A DNA stretch of 64,000 nt from a virus: the IMG/VR virus record IMGVR_UViG_3300035670_000058, positions 50,681 through 114,680 of that record, one strand, 5' to 3'. The position numbers and the translations under genes are program-made. Of the stretch, positions 1-9,519 are shown one piece after another. Below the pieces are notes generated by a model. The model did no database searches. It was given only the letters and a program-made list of their open reading frames with translations, and had not been told where the DNA came from. Position 1 is the stretch's first letter. The number at the start of each line of letters is the position of its first letter.

Positions 1-218
1 CATCGAGGCCAAGGGTAAGGGACTTGCCTTTGTATTGGCCGGGTGGAAGGGGGAAAAAGAGTTAAAGGGTGTCAATGTATACCCTTGTCTAGTCTGTGCA
101 CGAATGATTAAATATGCAGGATATCTCTGGGTTTATATTAAGAACGAGACAGATCAAATTACTCCTGTGAGTATTTATGAAATCATTGAGTACCGTGAGC
201 AAGAATTAGGGCCGGTGT

Positions 219-446
219 ATGAATAATTATTCAATCAGATTCATCGATGTTATCCCTGACTTTGCTACCCAACTGGGTATCAGTAATCTTGGGTACATGC
301 ATGTAGCAGTTAGACAGGCGGAGTATTATGGGTTCAATGAACTTGCAGAGTGGCTACAAACCGTCGAAGACAGGCTCAAGCGGGCAATCGAGGAAGAATG
401 GAATGCGGAACCCTTCGATAATGCTACCGACTCCAACACTTGGTAA
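219..446 (+). CDS. hypothetical protein
   Basis: 75-aa ORF overlapping its neighbours in an operon-like arrangement. Confidence 0.6.
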   Translation: MNNYSIRFIDVIPDFATQLGISNLGYMHVAVRQAEYYGFNELAEWLQTVEDRLKRAIEEEWNAEPFDNATDSNTW

Positions 447-975
447 CGTGCCTGTAGGATATCGACTGGCTTTCTACGGCCCGATGTCCTCAGGAAAGAC
501 TACCTGTGCTGACTATCTGGTTAAAAACTACGGTTATATTAGACTGTCCCTTGCTGACAAACTCAAGGCTATTGCTTACGAGTTGTATGGGGTGCAAGGA
601 AAAGATGGTGATAACCGCAAGATTATCCAAGAGTTAGGGGACCGTCTACGCTCATTTGATGATGACGTATTCACTAAGTATCTCTTAGCCACAGTCAGAG
701 AAAGGTATCCTTACAATAAGGTTGTTATCGATGATCTACGTCTGCCAAGAGAAGCACAACTACTTAAAAAGAACGGCTTTTATCTGGTACAAGTCCAATG
801 CTCCGATGAGGTGCGCCTCGACCGGATCAAGGCTCTCTACCCACGCCTCCCAGCAGCCCCACAGAGCCACGGTACGGAAGTCGCTTGGCTCCAGATACCT
901 CCCCACACGGTAGTCAAATCGGAGGAACCCGCAGACTTATTTGCTCTTGATAGTTTAGTAGCGGGGCTAGACTAA
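421..975 (+). CDS. P-loop nucleotide kinase (dNMP kinase / dephospho-CoA kinase-like)
   Basis: Walker A GPMSSGKTT, SLADKLK and VVIDDLR motifs typical of phage dNMP kinases; ATG at 421 preferred over 328. Confidence 0.75.
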   Translation: MLPTPTLGNVPVGYRLAFYGPMSSGKTTCADYLVKNYGYIRLSLADKLKAIAYELYGVQGKDGDNRKIIQELGDRLRSFDDDVFTKYLLATVRERYPYNKVVIDDLRLPREAQLLKKNGFYLVQVQCSDEVRLDRIKALYPRLPAAPQSHGTEVAWLQIPPHTVVKSEEPADLFALDSLVAGLD

Positions 976-977
976 GT

Positions 978-1490
978 ATGCGAGTTGTTTTAGTAGGTAC
1001 CAAACAGACCCCACGAACGGCGGTTGCGCGAGAGTTAGAACGAGCCTACAAATTCAAGGTTGTAGGAATGCTAGATGCGGTGGAGAGGATTTACCGCATC
1101 ATCTATTTTAATAACAAGTGGAACCGTGTGCGATGGGAAAAGACTGTCAAGATTTATGATGCGCTCTACGAGGTTGATCCTGAGATATGGATTCAATACA
1201 TGGAGCGCAGACTCAGCACATCGACTCAGGATATTGTCATTCCCGATGTTAGATATGTTGCTGAGTTAGACAGGCTGCGCAATCTTGGTTTTACTGTTGT
1301 GCGTGTACGAGAAGAGGGGGGCACCTCTGTTCCACACCCCGGTAAATCATTGCTGGATGCGGGAGAGGGTACCGTTATTGTCCATGAATACTACGGGAAG
1401 TTGCCTGTAGACTTCGGAATCTCGTTTGAAAATAGAAAAAACATGGTCGAAAACGTAAGTTATTTAGTTTCTAAGTTGAAGGAACGGTAG
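978..1490 (+). CDS. dNMP-kinase-like paralog with degenerate P-loop
   Basis: IVIPDVRY..E...LRNLGF matches the upstream kinase, but the P-loop reads GTKQTPRT. Confidence 0.55.
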   Translation: MRVVLVGTKQTPRTAVARELERAYKFKVVGMLDAVERIYRIIYFNNKWNRVRWEKTVKIYDALYEVDPEIWIQYMERRLSTSTQDIVIPDVRYVAELDRLRNLGFTVVRVREEGGTSVPHPGKSLLDAGEGTVIVHEYYGKLPVDFGISFENRKNMVENVSYLVSKLKER

Positions 1491-1537
1491 TAAGTCTTGT
1501 ATAATCACTCTAGCCCCTAATTACATAGGAGACTAGA

Positions 1538-2008
1538 GTGAGAAAGAAATCAGCACACCTGACGAGACTTATGATCGAGGGTATCAGTAACTATTCTCCC
1601 TACAAGGGAGGGAGGCTCAACTACATCAGAGAGTACGACCCTGATCCCAACATCAATGTTGATCTGACTACCAAGATCGATATAGACCGGGCAATTGATA
1701 TCCTCTACAGGCGCAAGGAATTATCTGATCAAGAGATACAGATGCTTCGCTACGTCATGGCTGATGGACGATTGTCGCGTCGTGACATATCAAAGATGAT
1801 CCAAGAAGAGGAAGGCTACTACGTAGACCAGCGAACCATATCAAGACGATTGGAGACTGCCTACTCAAAAATCTCCAAGTTTCTTGGCTTTGAATACAGC
1901 GACAGTCGTATCTTTAGAATGGTGGCTAAACAGATGGGCCGTCCCTACCCATACATTCTATCTGATGATGAGATAGACAAGATACAAACGATAATGGAGA
2001 GGGTTTAG
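1538..2008 (+). CDS. HTH DNA-binding protein, sigma-70 region-4-like
   Basis: LSDQEIQML...LSRRDISK...QRTISRRLETAYSKI pattern. Confidence 0.55.
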   Translation: MRKKSAHLTRLMIEGISNYSPYKGGRLNYIREYDPDPNINVDLTTKIDIDRAIDILYRRKELSDQEIQMLRYVMADGRLSRRDISKMIQEEEGYYVDQRTISRRLETAYSKISKFLGFEYSDSRIFRMVAKQMGRPYPYILSDDEIDKIQTIMERV

Positions 2009-2209
2009 ATGCCGAGAGGAAGACCTAGAAAGGTTCCCGTTGTTGAGGAGCCAGCACCAAGCACAGTGCAACAGATTATAGCAAAGGTGATATCAGAAGA
2101 GTGTGGTATCCCTGGCTGCATGCCTAAGTTTCATCTTACAGAAGCAGCCAGAGTTATAACAACCTTAGAGCAAGCAGGATATACAATTGGAAAGACCGCT
2201 ACTTCTTGA
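2009..2209 (+). CDS. small protein with N-terminal AT-hook-like motif
   Basis: begins MPRGRPRK. Confidence 0.55.
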   Translation: MPRGRPRKVPVVEEPAPSTVQQIIAKVISEECGIPGCMPKFHLTEAARVITTLEQAGYTIGKTATS

Positions 2210-2843
2210 TCTATTCTGTGGCGCAGGGGGCGCAGCAAGAGGTTATGAGCAAGCAGGATTTGAGATAGTAGGTATAGACCTATACCCACAAAAGCATTAT
2301 CCGTATGAGTTTTATCAAATGGATGCGCTAGATGCACCCAGTCTTTTTTCTGATTGGAACATTAAAGTTATACATGCTAGCCCCCCGTGCCAAAGATACA
2401 GTGATCTTGCCAAGCGAAATAAAAACGCTGACCAATGGCCTGATCTAATCCCTCAGGTGAGGAAAGAGTTACAGGCTTCGGGATTACCATACGTCATTGA
2501 AAATGTGGAGGGCGCTCCGCTAATTGATCCTTTGCTGCTATGTGGAGTTAGTTTTAAAAAGCTACGAGTCATTAGGCATAGATTATTTGAGTCTAATATA
2601 AAATTACATGGACCAGAACATCAAAAGCACCCACTGGTCTTTACTAAAGATAAGCGCAAGAATCACTATGGAAAATTAAATGAGTGGGATTCATATGTAA
2701 TGGTAAATGGTGGTGGCAACTGTTCCGTAGCAAATGCACGGGATGCGATGGGTATTAACTGGATGACAAAGAAGGAATTAAACGAAGCCATTCCTCCTCA
2801 GTATACCAAGTATATTGGTGAACAACTTATGAGAGCGCTATGA
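2187..2843 (+). CDS. C5 DNA cytosine methyltransferase (short phage type)
   Basis: LDLFCGAGG (motif I), HASPPCQ (IV), IENV (VI), RHRLF (VIII). Confidence 0.85.
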   Translation: MERPLLLDLFCGAGGAARGYEQAGFEIVGIDLYPQKHYPYEFYQMDALDAPSLFSDWNIKVIHASPPCQRYSDLAKRNKNADQWPDLIPQVRKELQASGLPYVIENVEGAPLIDPLLLCGVSFKKLRVIRHRLFESNIKLHGPEHQKHPLVFTKDKRKNHYGKLNEWDSYVMVNGGGNCSVANARDAMGINWMTKKELNEAIPPQYTKYIGEQLMRAL

Positions 2844-3421
2844 ACGTATTAGTTGCTTGTGAATTCTCAGGTGTAGTACGGGATGCCTTTATTGCTAAAG
2901 GGCATTCTGCTATATCATGTGATCTACTTGATACGGAGAGTCCCGGTCCTCATTACGTAGGTAATATCATGGACATTATTGATGATGGTTGGGACCTAAT
3001 GATCGCCCATCCTCCCTGCACCTATCTCACCAATAGCGGCGCACGATGGCTCTACGGGGGCAAGGGGACAGTCAAAGACCCTGATCGCTGGGCAAAGATG
3101 GAGGAATCAGCACACTTCTTTCTTGATCTATTGAATGCACCTGTCCCTCGTATTGCTGTAGAAAATCCAGTCATGCATGGACATGCTACGAAGATCATTG
3201 GTAGAAAGGCTGATCAAATTATCCAGCCTTGGCAGTTTGGACATGGTGAGATCAAAGGTACGGGTCTATGGTTGAAGAATCTACCCCCGCTTGTGCCTAC
3301 AAATATTGTAGACGGTCGTTCCCCGCGTGTGCATTATGCATCTCCCGGTCCTAACAGATGGAAGGAACGCTCTCGTACATATACAGGTATTGCGGAGGCT
3401 ATGGCAGAACAATGGGGTTAG
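2840..3421 (+). CDS. DNA cytosine methyltransferase (VLVACEFSG family)
   Basis: VLVACEFSGVVRDAF, AHPPCTYL, ENP, IAEAMAEQWG. Confidence 0.8.
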   Translation: MNVLVACEFSGVVRDAFIAKGHSAISCDLLDTESPGPHYVGNIMDIIDDGWDLMIAHPPCTYLTNSGARWLYGGKGTVKDPDRWAKMEESAHFFLDLLNAPVPRIAVENPVMHGHATKIIGRKADQIIQPWQFGHGEIKGTGLWLKNLPPLVPTNIVDGRSPRVHYASPGPNRWKERSRTYTGIAEAMAEQWG

Positions 3422-4104
3422 TGCTACTTGATTTATTCTGTGGTGTTGGTGGTGCTGCAATGGGCTATCACCAAATGGGATTTGATATCATTGGAGTCGA
3501 TATCAAACCTCAACCCAATTATCCATTCAAATTCATACAGGCTGATGCATTAGAATTCCTACGGGAAATGAATTTCTATCCTGATGCTGTTCATGCATCG
3601 CCGCCCTGTCAAGGATACTCATCCGCAATTAGAAGTGATGGTCGCTGGTCTAAGGGGGTACATAAAGGAAAAGATACGCCCAAGTTAATTCAGCCTGTTA
3701 GAGATATTCTAAGGGAGATGGAGTTAACATATGTCATTGAGAATGTCGAAGGAGCGAAGGATGATCTAGTGAAACCCCTACTACTATGTGGGGCGATGTT
3801 TGGTCTAGGCACACGTAGACATAGGTTGTTTGAAAGCAATGCTCCAATTAGAAGTATTGCACACGACCAACCTTGCTGGAAATTAACGCATCCAGTAGCA
3901 GAAGCATGGATTGCCGTTGACCCAGAGAAGAGAGATCGTCGCATCTATAGGGTAGTAGGCAAGGGTAGGCAAACAGGGACGGTTGACGTATGGCGTGCGC
4001 TGATGGAGATTCCTTGGGCGCAAAGAGATTTAGAATTAGCAGAAGCAATTCCTCCTGCTTACACAAGATATATTGGTAGTGAATTATTAAGGATTGGTGT
4101 ATAG
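3412..4104 (+). CDS. C5 DNA cytosine methyltransferase (short phage type)
   Basis: LDLFCGVGG, HASPPCQ, IENV, RHRLF, EAIPPAYT; paralog of 2187..2843. Confidence 0.85.
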   Translation: MGLVLLDLFCGVGGAAMGYHQMGFDIIGVDIKPQPNYPFKFIQADALEFLREMNFYPDAVHASPPCQGYSSAIRSDGRWSKGVHKGKDTPKLIQPVRDILREMELTYVIENVEGAKDDLVKPLLLCGAMFGLGTRRHRLFESNAPIRSIAHDQPCWKLTHPVAEAWIAVDPEKRDRRIYRVVGKGRQTGTVDVWRALMEIPWAQRDLELAEAIPPAYTRYIGSELLRIGV

Positions 4105-4108
4105 TTAG

Positions 4109-4531
4109 ATGAATAAAGAGACAGACCTAGCGTGGGCTGCTGGGTTTATAGATGGCGAGGGTTGTGTTAGTTTGATTAAACGACGCAATGGAGATGGCTA
4201 TCTATATTATCAGGCTAATTTAAATGTCCCCCAGATAGATAAAGCCCCGCTCGATAAACTGAAGGAAATGTTTGGAGGAAATATACGGGCCAATAAAATT
4301 ATTGGTAATCGTAGACCCTCATTTACATGGACAATTCACGCGGCTTCTTGTAGAAAAGCACTACAAGAAATGCTGCCCTATTTAATAGTTAAAAAGAAGG
4401 AAGCGCTACTTTTGCTAAGTATAGATTTTGATTATACAAGATTAACAGATGAGAAACTAATGCAGCGAGAAAATGTTTGGGCGGCTCTTAGAGATCATCA
4501 CAAGAATTTTATATTTAAGGTTGGTGGTTAA
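4109..4531 (+). CDS. single-motif LAGLIDADG homing endonuclease
   Basis: LAWAAGFIDGEG motif and PYLIVKK. Confidence 0.85.
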   Translation: MNKETDLAWAAGFIDGEGCVSLIKRRNGDGYLYYQANLNVPQIDKAPLDKLKEMFGGNIRANKIIGNRRPSFTWTIHAASCRKALQEMLPYLIVKKKEALLLLSIDFDYTRLTDEKLMQRENVWAALRDHHKNFIFKVGG

Positions 4532-4748
4532 GACGGCCAGATGTGTGGTCTGCGAAAGGCCGACTAGCGGAAGTTTAGAGTTTTGCAAGCATCATTTTGG
4601 TGAGTTTAAAGACGACATTCGGGACAAGAAACCTTGGGTTAGAAGTCTAAAGAATGAGGCTCAGCGCGAGCGTCGAAGAGCAAACCGGGAATTTGATAAC
4701 ACATCATTAGACGCTATCATGGACAATGAGTATAGTCGCAGATATTAG
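4473..4748 (+). CDS. zinc-finger hypothetical protein (true start probably about 4524)
   Basis: CVVC...FCKHH. Confidence 0.5.
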   Translation: MFGRLLEIITRILYLRLVVKTARCVVCERPTSGSLEFCKHHFGEFKDDIRDKKPWVRSLKNEAQRERRRANREFDNTSLDAIMDNEYSRRY

Positions 4749-4782
4749 GGGTGTTATGATTGAGAAGAGTTAAGCCTTTGTC

Positions 4783-5040
4783 TTGTTACTTATGGAAACT
4801 TCGGATCATAAAAGCAAACGTCGAGGGCAAACGAAAACACATTGTATAAGGGGGCACGATAGAAGTTTATCTAGGATTGGTGAAGACTGTCGTGTCTGTG
4901 ATCGTGAAAGAAACAGACTCAGACCAAGAACCCCAGAAGCAAAATATCTTCGCTATAAACGTGATCTTGCAGCACAAATACAGAAGAAGCAAGAGCGCAT
5001 TCATGAGTTAGAAAGGATTTTACATGCACAAGAAAACTGA
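4783..5040 (+). CDS. hypothetical protein with HNH-associated zinc-binding motif
   Basis: KTHCIRGH...CRVC motif. Confidence 0.55.
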   Translation: MLLMETSDHKSKRRGQTKTHCIRGHDRSLSRIGEDCRVCDRERNRLRPRTPEAKYLRYKRDLAAQIQKKQERIHELERILHAQEN

Positions 5041-5230
5041 AGTCGAAATGGAGCGGGAGCGCATCACTAAGATCACTCGTACTCTAGTTAGACTTAAGCA
5101 TTCTCTAAAGGCAGATGCAGAACTTAACCAGTTGCTTCCAGCAACACTTGATGAGTTTGACGAGTCTCTACAGAAGGGTGAACTGAGAACCCTAGAGTCT
5201 AGCCTTATTTCAGAGTTACTGGGGGACTAA
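5024..5230 (+). CDS. hypothetical protein
   Basis: ORF in operon. Confidence 0.55.
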   Translation: MHKKTEVEMERERITKITRTLVRLKHSLKADAELNQLLPATLDEFDESLQKGELRTLESSLISELLGD

Positions 5231-5788
5231 ATGCTTGTAACTAAAAAGAAGTTACGGATACTCGATGTAGATATTGAGTCAAGACCTCTTTCATTTAGGG
5301 GCTTCCGTCCAACCGCAGAGATAACTGCAATGGCATGGTGCTTTGCAGATGACCTGTCATCTATGGAAGTCTACCTGTTAGGTAGAGATAACCCAGAGGA
5401 TATGCTCTGGGCATTTAGAAGTGCCTATAAGGAAGCAGATATACTGACGGGACATAACGTTAAATCATTTGATCTACCCAACATTAATGGGGCCATGCTG
5501 GAGTATGATATCCCCCAACTAGGTTCCAAGTTGGTGCAAGATACGTACACCGATCTACGGAAGCGTGGGGATATTCCAGCATCACAAGAGTATCTTGTTG
5601 ATCTCTTTGGCATTGGTGCAAAGGTTCACATGAGTCAACACTCATGGCGTGACGCCAATAGGCTCACTCCAAGAGGCTTGGAGAGGACACGGGAACGTGT
5701 AACCGGCGACGTATACGATCACATGCGCCTCAGAGTTGAGATGATTAAGCGAGGGCTTTTGCGCCCGCCTAAGATTTGGAAGCCTTAA
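5231..5788 (+). CDS. RNase H-like / DnaQ-family 3'-5' exonuclease
   Basis: LDVDIES, GHNVKSFDLP and GDV acidic motifs. Confidence 0.75.
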   Translation: MLVTKKKLRILDVDIESRPLSFRGFRPTAEITAMAWCFADDLSSMEVYLLGRDNPEDMLWAFRSAYKEADILTGHNVKSFDLPNINGAMLEYDIPQLGSKLVQDTYTDLRKRGDIPASQEYLVDLFGIGAKVHMSQHSWRDANRLTPRGLERTRERVTGDVYDHMRLRVEMIKRGLLRPPKIWKP

Positions 5789-5790
5789 GT

Positions 5791-6144
5791 ATGGATACAA
5801 TCACACTAGTATTCTTTACCCTTCTGGGTGGGGGATTGCTCATTGCTTTTATTATAGAAGTGTTTGAGCTTAAAGGGCAGAAACAAGCGTTTGAAACTTG
5901 GTCTGCGCTTATTAATGATTACATCGAAAGCTATGAAGAGTTAAAGAAAGCAATCAATACCAACGCTAATCTTCTAAGAGTTGCCGGCGAAACAATCAAT
6001 GATCATGATCGTGTCTTACGAGTGATGTCAATTGTTGTTGATACACACTCAGAGATACTAAAACTTAACCCGCAGCTACGAGATCAACTTGAGCATCCCC
6101 CTGTCGATGGATTTATTGTGACAGTAGGGGAAGACGTTGAGTAA
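5791..6144 (+). CDS. membrane-anchored coiled-coil protein
   Basis: N-terminal hydrophobic helix. Confidence 0.55.
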   Translation: MDTITLVFFTLLGGGLLIAFIIEVFELKGQKQAFETWSALINDYIESYEELKKAINTNANLLRVAGETINDHDRVLRVMSIVVDTHSEILKLNPQLRDQLEHPPVDGFIVTVGEDVE

Positions 6145-6349
6145 ACGCTTTAGAATTTTAGCTACCGTTCTTATCTACAAAGACTACGAAAAAAATGAAG
6201 TACAGTATTACAATAGTGAAGATGAGTACATTATGTCTGTTGTCAATGATTGGCAAGAAGATAGCTATCTTAAATTAGCCGATGCACTTTCTTGGGATTA
6301 TGAATCAGTAAACGGCATTGAAGTTTCTGTGATTGTTGAGGACGACTAA
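6137..6349 (+). CDS. hypothetical protein
   Basis: ORF in operon. Confidence 0.55.
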   Translation: MSKRFRILATVLIYKDYEKNEVQYYNSEDEYIMSVVNDWQEDSYLKLADALSWDYESVNGIEVSVIVEDD

Positions 6350-6394
6350 TCAAAATTTTTTGGGGGAGAAATTCTCCAGATTTTGAGGTAGCCT

Positions 6395-6742
6395 ATGTAT
6401 GTTAAGAAAGCAAGACTAGTATGCAGAAAATGTACTAAGCCATTAGATAGAAATGGATTTCTTTGCTCTTCTTGCCATGTACATTCTAATTCTAAAACTA
6501 GGAATAAAAAATATAAAGGAAGCCCGTTAGTATATGCGTTCTTTGACGGGGGAGAAGCCGTTTATGTTGGAAGGGGATCACGCTATCGTGTCAATAAGCA
6601 TCGGTTTACTTCATCTTGGTGGACTCCTAACTTACTAGTGATAACGATGGACTGCAAAGACGAATGGGAAGCGATGGAATACGAGGGTAAGTGGGGTGGA
6701 TTGTACCACCCTAAAATGAATAAAGACGGTTATAGATATTAG
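6395..6742 (+). CDS. GIY-YIG-like nuclease with N-terminal zinc finger
   Basis: LVYAF...VYVGRG...R...H...E...HPKMN. Confidence 0.6.
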   Translation: MYVKKARLVCRKCTKPLDRNGFLCSSCHVHSNSKTRNKKYKGSPLVYAFFDGGEAVYVGRGSRYRVNKHRFTSSWWTPNLLVITMDCKDEWEAMEYEGKWGGLYHPKMNKDGYRY

Positions 6743-6746
6743 GCAT

Positions 6747-6784
6747 AAAAAAAGGGAGGCTGCGAAGCCTCCCTTTTATTTTTA
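6747..6784. terminator. bidirectional intrinsic terminator between convergent gene blocks
   Basis: AAAAAAAGGGAGGC-tgcgaa-GCCTCCCTTTT with A/T tails on both sides. Confidence 0.85.
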
Positions 6785-6785
6785 T

Positions 6786-7043
6786 TTATGTCCACTCAAT
6801 CTCTTTAGTTGGAACCCACGGGGGACGGTTCTCCTCGTTCTCAATAGAACGGGGGTTGCCTTTACTCAGTCCTTCAGTGTAACTCCAATCACATTCCATA
6901 CAATACCAGTGAATGGCGCTGCTGCATCCTATGCAACTCATCCACACGCCATTATGACCGGGCCATGTATGGCAGTCAAAGAACCCGTTAACTTCTGAAT
7001 TACACCTGGGGCAAAGATAATCAATATCTTCGAAGTCACTCAT
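6786..7043 (-). CDS. Cys-rich hypothetical protein
   Basis: three CxxC pairs. Confidence 0.6.
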   Translation of the reverse strand: MSDFEDIDYLCPRCNSEVNGFFDCHTWPGHNGVWMSCIGCSSAIHWYCMECDWSYTEGLSKGNPRSIENEENRPPWVPTKEIEWT

Positions 7044-7044
7044 A

Positions 7045-7329
7045 TTATCTCAACAGATATGAAGTTGTATTACCAAGGATACCAATCATTGTAATGCCAA
7101 TAGCAAGGGAAATGGCATACTTCCTTCTGTGTTCTGTTACGCTTTTAACAAGCAGGATAATAATTGTGAACGCTATGAGTTTGAATGTTCCTACAAGGAT
7201 AGGTCCCGTCTGTTCATAAAACAATCGCATGATTGGATTCAATTCATTGCTGATACCCACAGTAGGTACGGCAGCAATAAACGTAGCAAAATCTGCCAGC
7301 ATTACCAGTGCCAAGACAGCAATCATCAT
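7045..7329 (-). CDS. membrane protein (DUF5658-like)
   Basis: hydrophobic helices and ELNPIM motif. Confidence 0.55.
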   Translation of the reverse strand: MMIAVLALVMLADFATFIAAVPTVGISNELNPIMRLFYEQTGPILVGTFKLIAFTIIILLVKSVTEHRRKYAISLAIGITMIGILGNTTSYLLR

Positions 7330-7571
7330 GGGACAGGCTCAATCTCATCAAGTTGAGCAAAGTAGCCCAGCATTCCTTGATTATCCAGAAGTGAAACACC
7401 TGGCCCATGAATAAGATAATCGTTTGTATCAATTTCATAGACGGTCAGTACCTGACCGTTATATCCTTCGGTACGTGTGAGATAATCATAATCAGCAGGG
7501 TCACGCCAGTCGTAGTTTCCAACTGTGACCTTTACCTTCATACCAATCTTGACATCCTCTAGTTTCATCAT
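7326..7571 (-). CDS. hypothetical protein (SH3-like start VKIGMKVKV)
   Basis: ORF overlapping neighbours. Confidence 0.55.
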   Translation of the reverse strand: MMKLEDVKIGMKVKVTVGNYDWRDPADYDYLTRTEGYNGQVLTVYEIDTNDYLIHGPGVSLLDNQGMLGYFAQLDEIEPVP

Positions 7572-7879
7572 CCTGCCTTCTTTAGTTTACGTGTCTCTTG
7601 GTAGATATGGCCCTTTACTTTGCGTATCTCTTTAGTTAGAGCCACGCAGCGTGCCCGATACTCAGGGTCACGGGCACGCTTCTCACGTTCAAACTTTGCC
7701 TTGCGCTCACGCTCACAGGCATTGCAGCGGACGAAGCCACGCTTGAAGTCCCAGAATTCCTCTGTGAGAGGCCAGAAATATCTACTGTTCTTAGCCTTGC
7801 AAGGCTCGCAACGATACTCAAACTCTTGAGTATCTTTATTCCATCGGATCGGCTGTGTCGTACTAACTTTACGGCTCAC
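7568..7879 (-). CDS. zinc-binding basic protein
   Basis: CEPC...CNAC and basic C-terminus. Confidence 0.6.
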   Translation of the reverse strand: MSRKVSTTQPIRWNKDTQEFEYRCEPCKAKNSRYFWPLTEEFWDFKRGFVRCNACERERKAKFEREKRARDPEYRARCVALTKEIRKVKGHIYQETRKLKKAG

Positions 7880-7955
7880 TCTCGATCCCTAAAGACAATA
7901 AGATAGGCAATCAACATTGCGAATCCTAGAAGTAAAATCTCCATCACTCCCTACC

Positions 7956-8210
7956 CTAGTGACTCCGCTTAGGGACAATCACCAGATCGAATCCTAAGGC
8001 ATCTACAAGGGCCGCAAGCCACACTACCCGTGTAGGATACAGCCCACGCTCATACTTTGATACAGTTGAAAGTGAAATCCCTGCTTTATCTGCAACCTGT
8101 TGCTGAGACAGTTGATTGCGTAAACGCTCAGACCTAGCAAGTGTCATAATACCATCAAGTAAGGATTTACCTCTAGCCTGATGATTCTGGGTAAGGTCAA
8201 GTCTACGCAT
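7956..8210 (-). CDS. XRE-family HTH transcriptional regulator
   Basis: LSQQQVADKAGISLSTVSKYERG. Confidence 0.85.
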   Translation of the reverse strand: MRRLDLTQNHQARGKSLLDGIMTLARSERLRNQLSQQQVADKAGISLSTVSKYERGLYPTRVVWLAALVDALGFDLVIVPKRSH

Positions 8211-8267
8211 TTTTACCTCCAAATAAAAGAATAAATGCCCCACCAAAAGATGGGGCATTTATCTAGT

Positions 8268-8642
8268 CTACCAATCCGTTTCGTCAGACTCACCCTCAGG
8301 AAGTTGAGGATCAAACGAACGATTGATCTTTGCAGTCTCTTCGCGGCGATAACCTTTGTTATCGGACTTCCAGAGTGTAGCGACCTCTTGTGTGATAACC
8401 TCTTCCTCATAGTCGAGGGATTCCTCGCGGAAAGAAGCAACACCAGAGAAGCAGCCAAGAATAGATGCTTTAGTAGAAGAGTCAGCATAGACACGAAGCG
8501 TGCCTACCATTGATCTCTCAGAATATGCGGTAGATTTATCATTAGGGGGTGACCAAGGACCGAAGGTAATCTTGGCCTCATCGGAAACAGTTATCCGAAA
8601 CTTCTTTCCGTTGGACTTAGTTACCAGAATATTCCTAGACAC
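8268..8642 (-). CDS. hypothetical protein
   Basis: ORF coupled to upstream gene. Confidence 0.65.
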   Translation of the reverse strand: MSRNILVTKSNGKKFRITVSDEAKITFGPWSPPNDKSTAYSERSMVGTLRVYADSSTKASILGCFSGVASFREESLDYEEEVITQEVATLWKSDNKGYRREETAKINRSFDPQLPEGESDETDW

Positions 8643-8938
8643 TAGTTGGTTTTACCTCTCTGCTTGCGCTTCTCGATGATGAATACTTTGTAGAATTCTA
8701 CCAGACCCATCATCATCTCTTCAAAGCATGGATCAAGGTGGAACCGCATAGGATGCCCGTCAGCGGCTTCATTCTTTATGGCCCACTCACTTCTACGGGG
8801 CCAAATAATCACATGCTCAGGGTCTTCTGTGATGTTGATCTCTTGCCCACATCTAGCGCAACTCTTAGGACTAATGCTGCCCCAATGAGTTTCGCTAGAT
8901 GCGAGTTGAATCTGAAACTTCTCAGGTTCCCGAGTCAT
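8642..8938 (-). CDS. zinc-finger hypothetical protein
   Basis: CARC...HLDPC. Confidence 0.55.
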   Translation of the reverse strand: MTREPEKFQIQLASSETHWGSISPKSCARCGQEINITEDPEHVIIWPRRSEWAIKNEAADGHPMRFHLDPCFEEMMMGLVEFYKVFIIEKRKQRGKTN

Positions 8939-9518
8939 CGAATGTAGTTGCTCCTATACGTTCTTTATAGTATCGAGCATTACGCTTCTCTGCCTCTAGG
9001 TCATTGACGAGATTGCGATTCGTTTCAAGGACTTCTTGTACTTTAGACAGGAGATATATTGCCTCCTCTCCCAGCATATTCGGCTCAAAATTGATCACAT
9101 CATTGGGATCAATGTTGGCCTTGAGAATTTCAGCGCGGGCTTTCTCAATGGCTAGTTTTTGATTCATATATTCAAGCACATTGGGGATCGCTACAGACAC
9201 GGCAGATAAATCCTTTTCAACTTGACGCTCTGTCGCCCGCTCTTCGATTCTTTGTTCAACCTCTGAGGGTGGCTCCATGCGCGTAAGGCGCACTCCTGCA
9301 ACACGGGCACGTCCTGTTGCAGCATCCTCATCCCGCAGAATCTCCAACTCGCCCATTCGCTGCAAGCGATAGAGAGTTTGATATACCTGCGAGTAATTCA
9401 GTCCGGTTTTATTGATCAGATCGTCAATGGTGAGATTGATTTCACGCTGCTTATATGCGAGCAGCGTTGATCTTAGTTGATCTTGTAAATCGCCGCGACT
9501 GCCTACTTGTGCCGACAT
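8922..9518 (-). CDS. winged-HTH plus helical-domain protein
   Basis: TIDDLINKTGLNYSQVYQTLYRLQRMG wHTH. Confidence 0.6.
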   Translation of the reverse strand: MSAQVGSRGDLQDQLRSTLLAYKQREINLTIDDLINKTGLNYSQVYQTLYRLQRMGELEILRDEDAATGRARVAGVRLTRMEPPSEVEQRIEERATERQVEKDLSAVSVAIPNVLEYMNQKLAIEKARAEILKANIDPNDVINFEPNMLGEEAIYLLSKVQEVLETNRNLVNDLEAEKRNARYYKERIGATTFDDSGT

Positions 9519-9519
9519 T

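Noticed and set aside
4109-4531. Group I intron or intein hosting the LAGLIDADG nuclease
   Set aside because: Flanking genes are intact and abut the ORF, leaving no room for an intron core; nrdJ and pol also show no intein motifs
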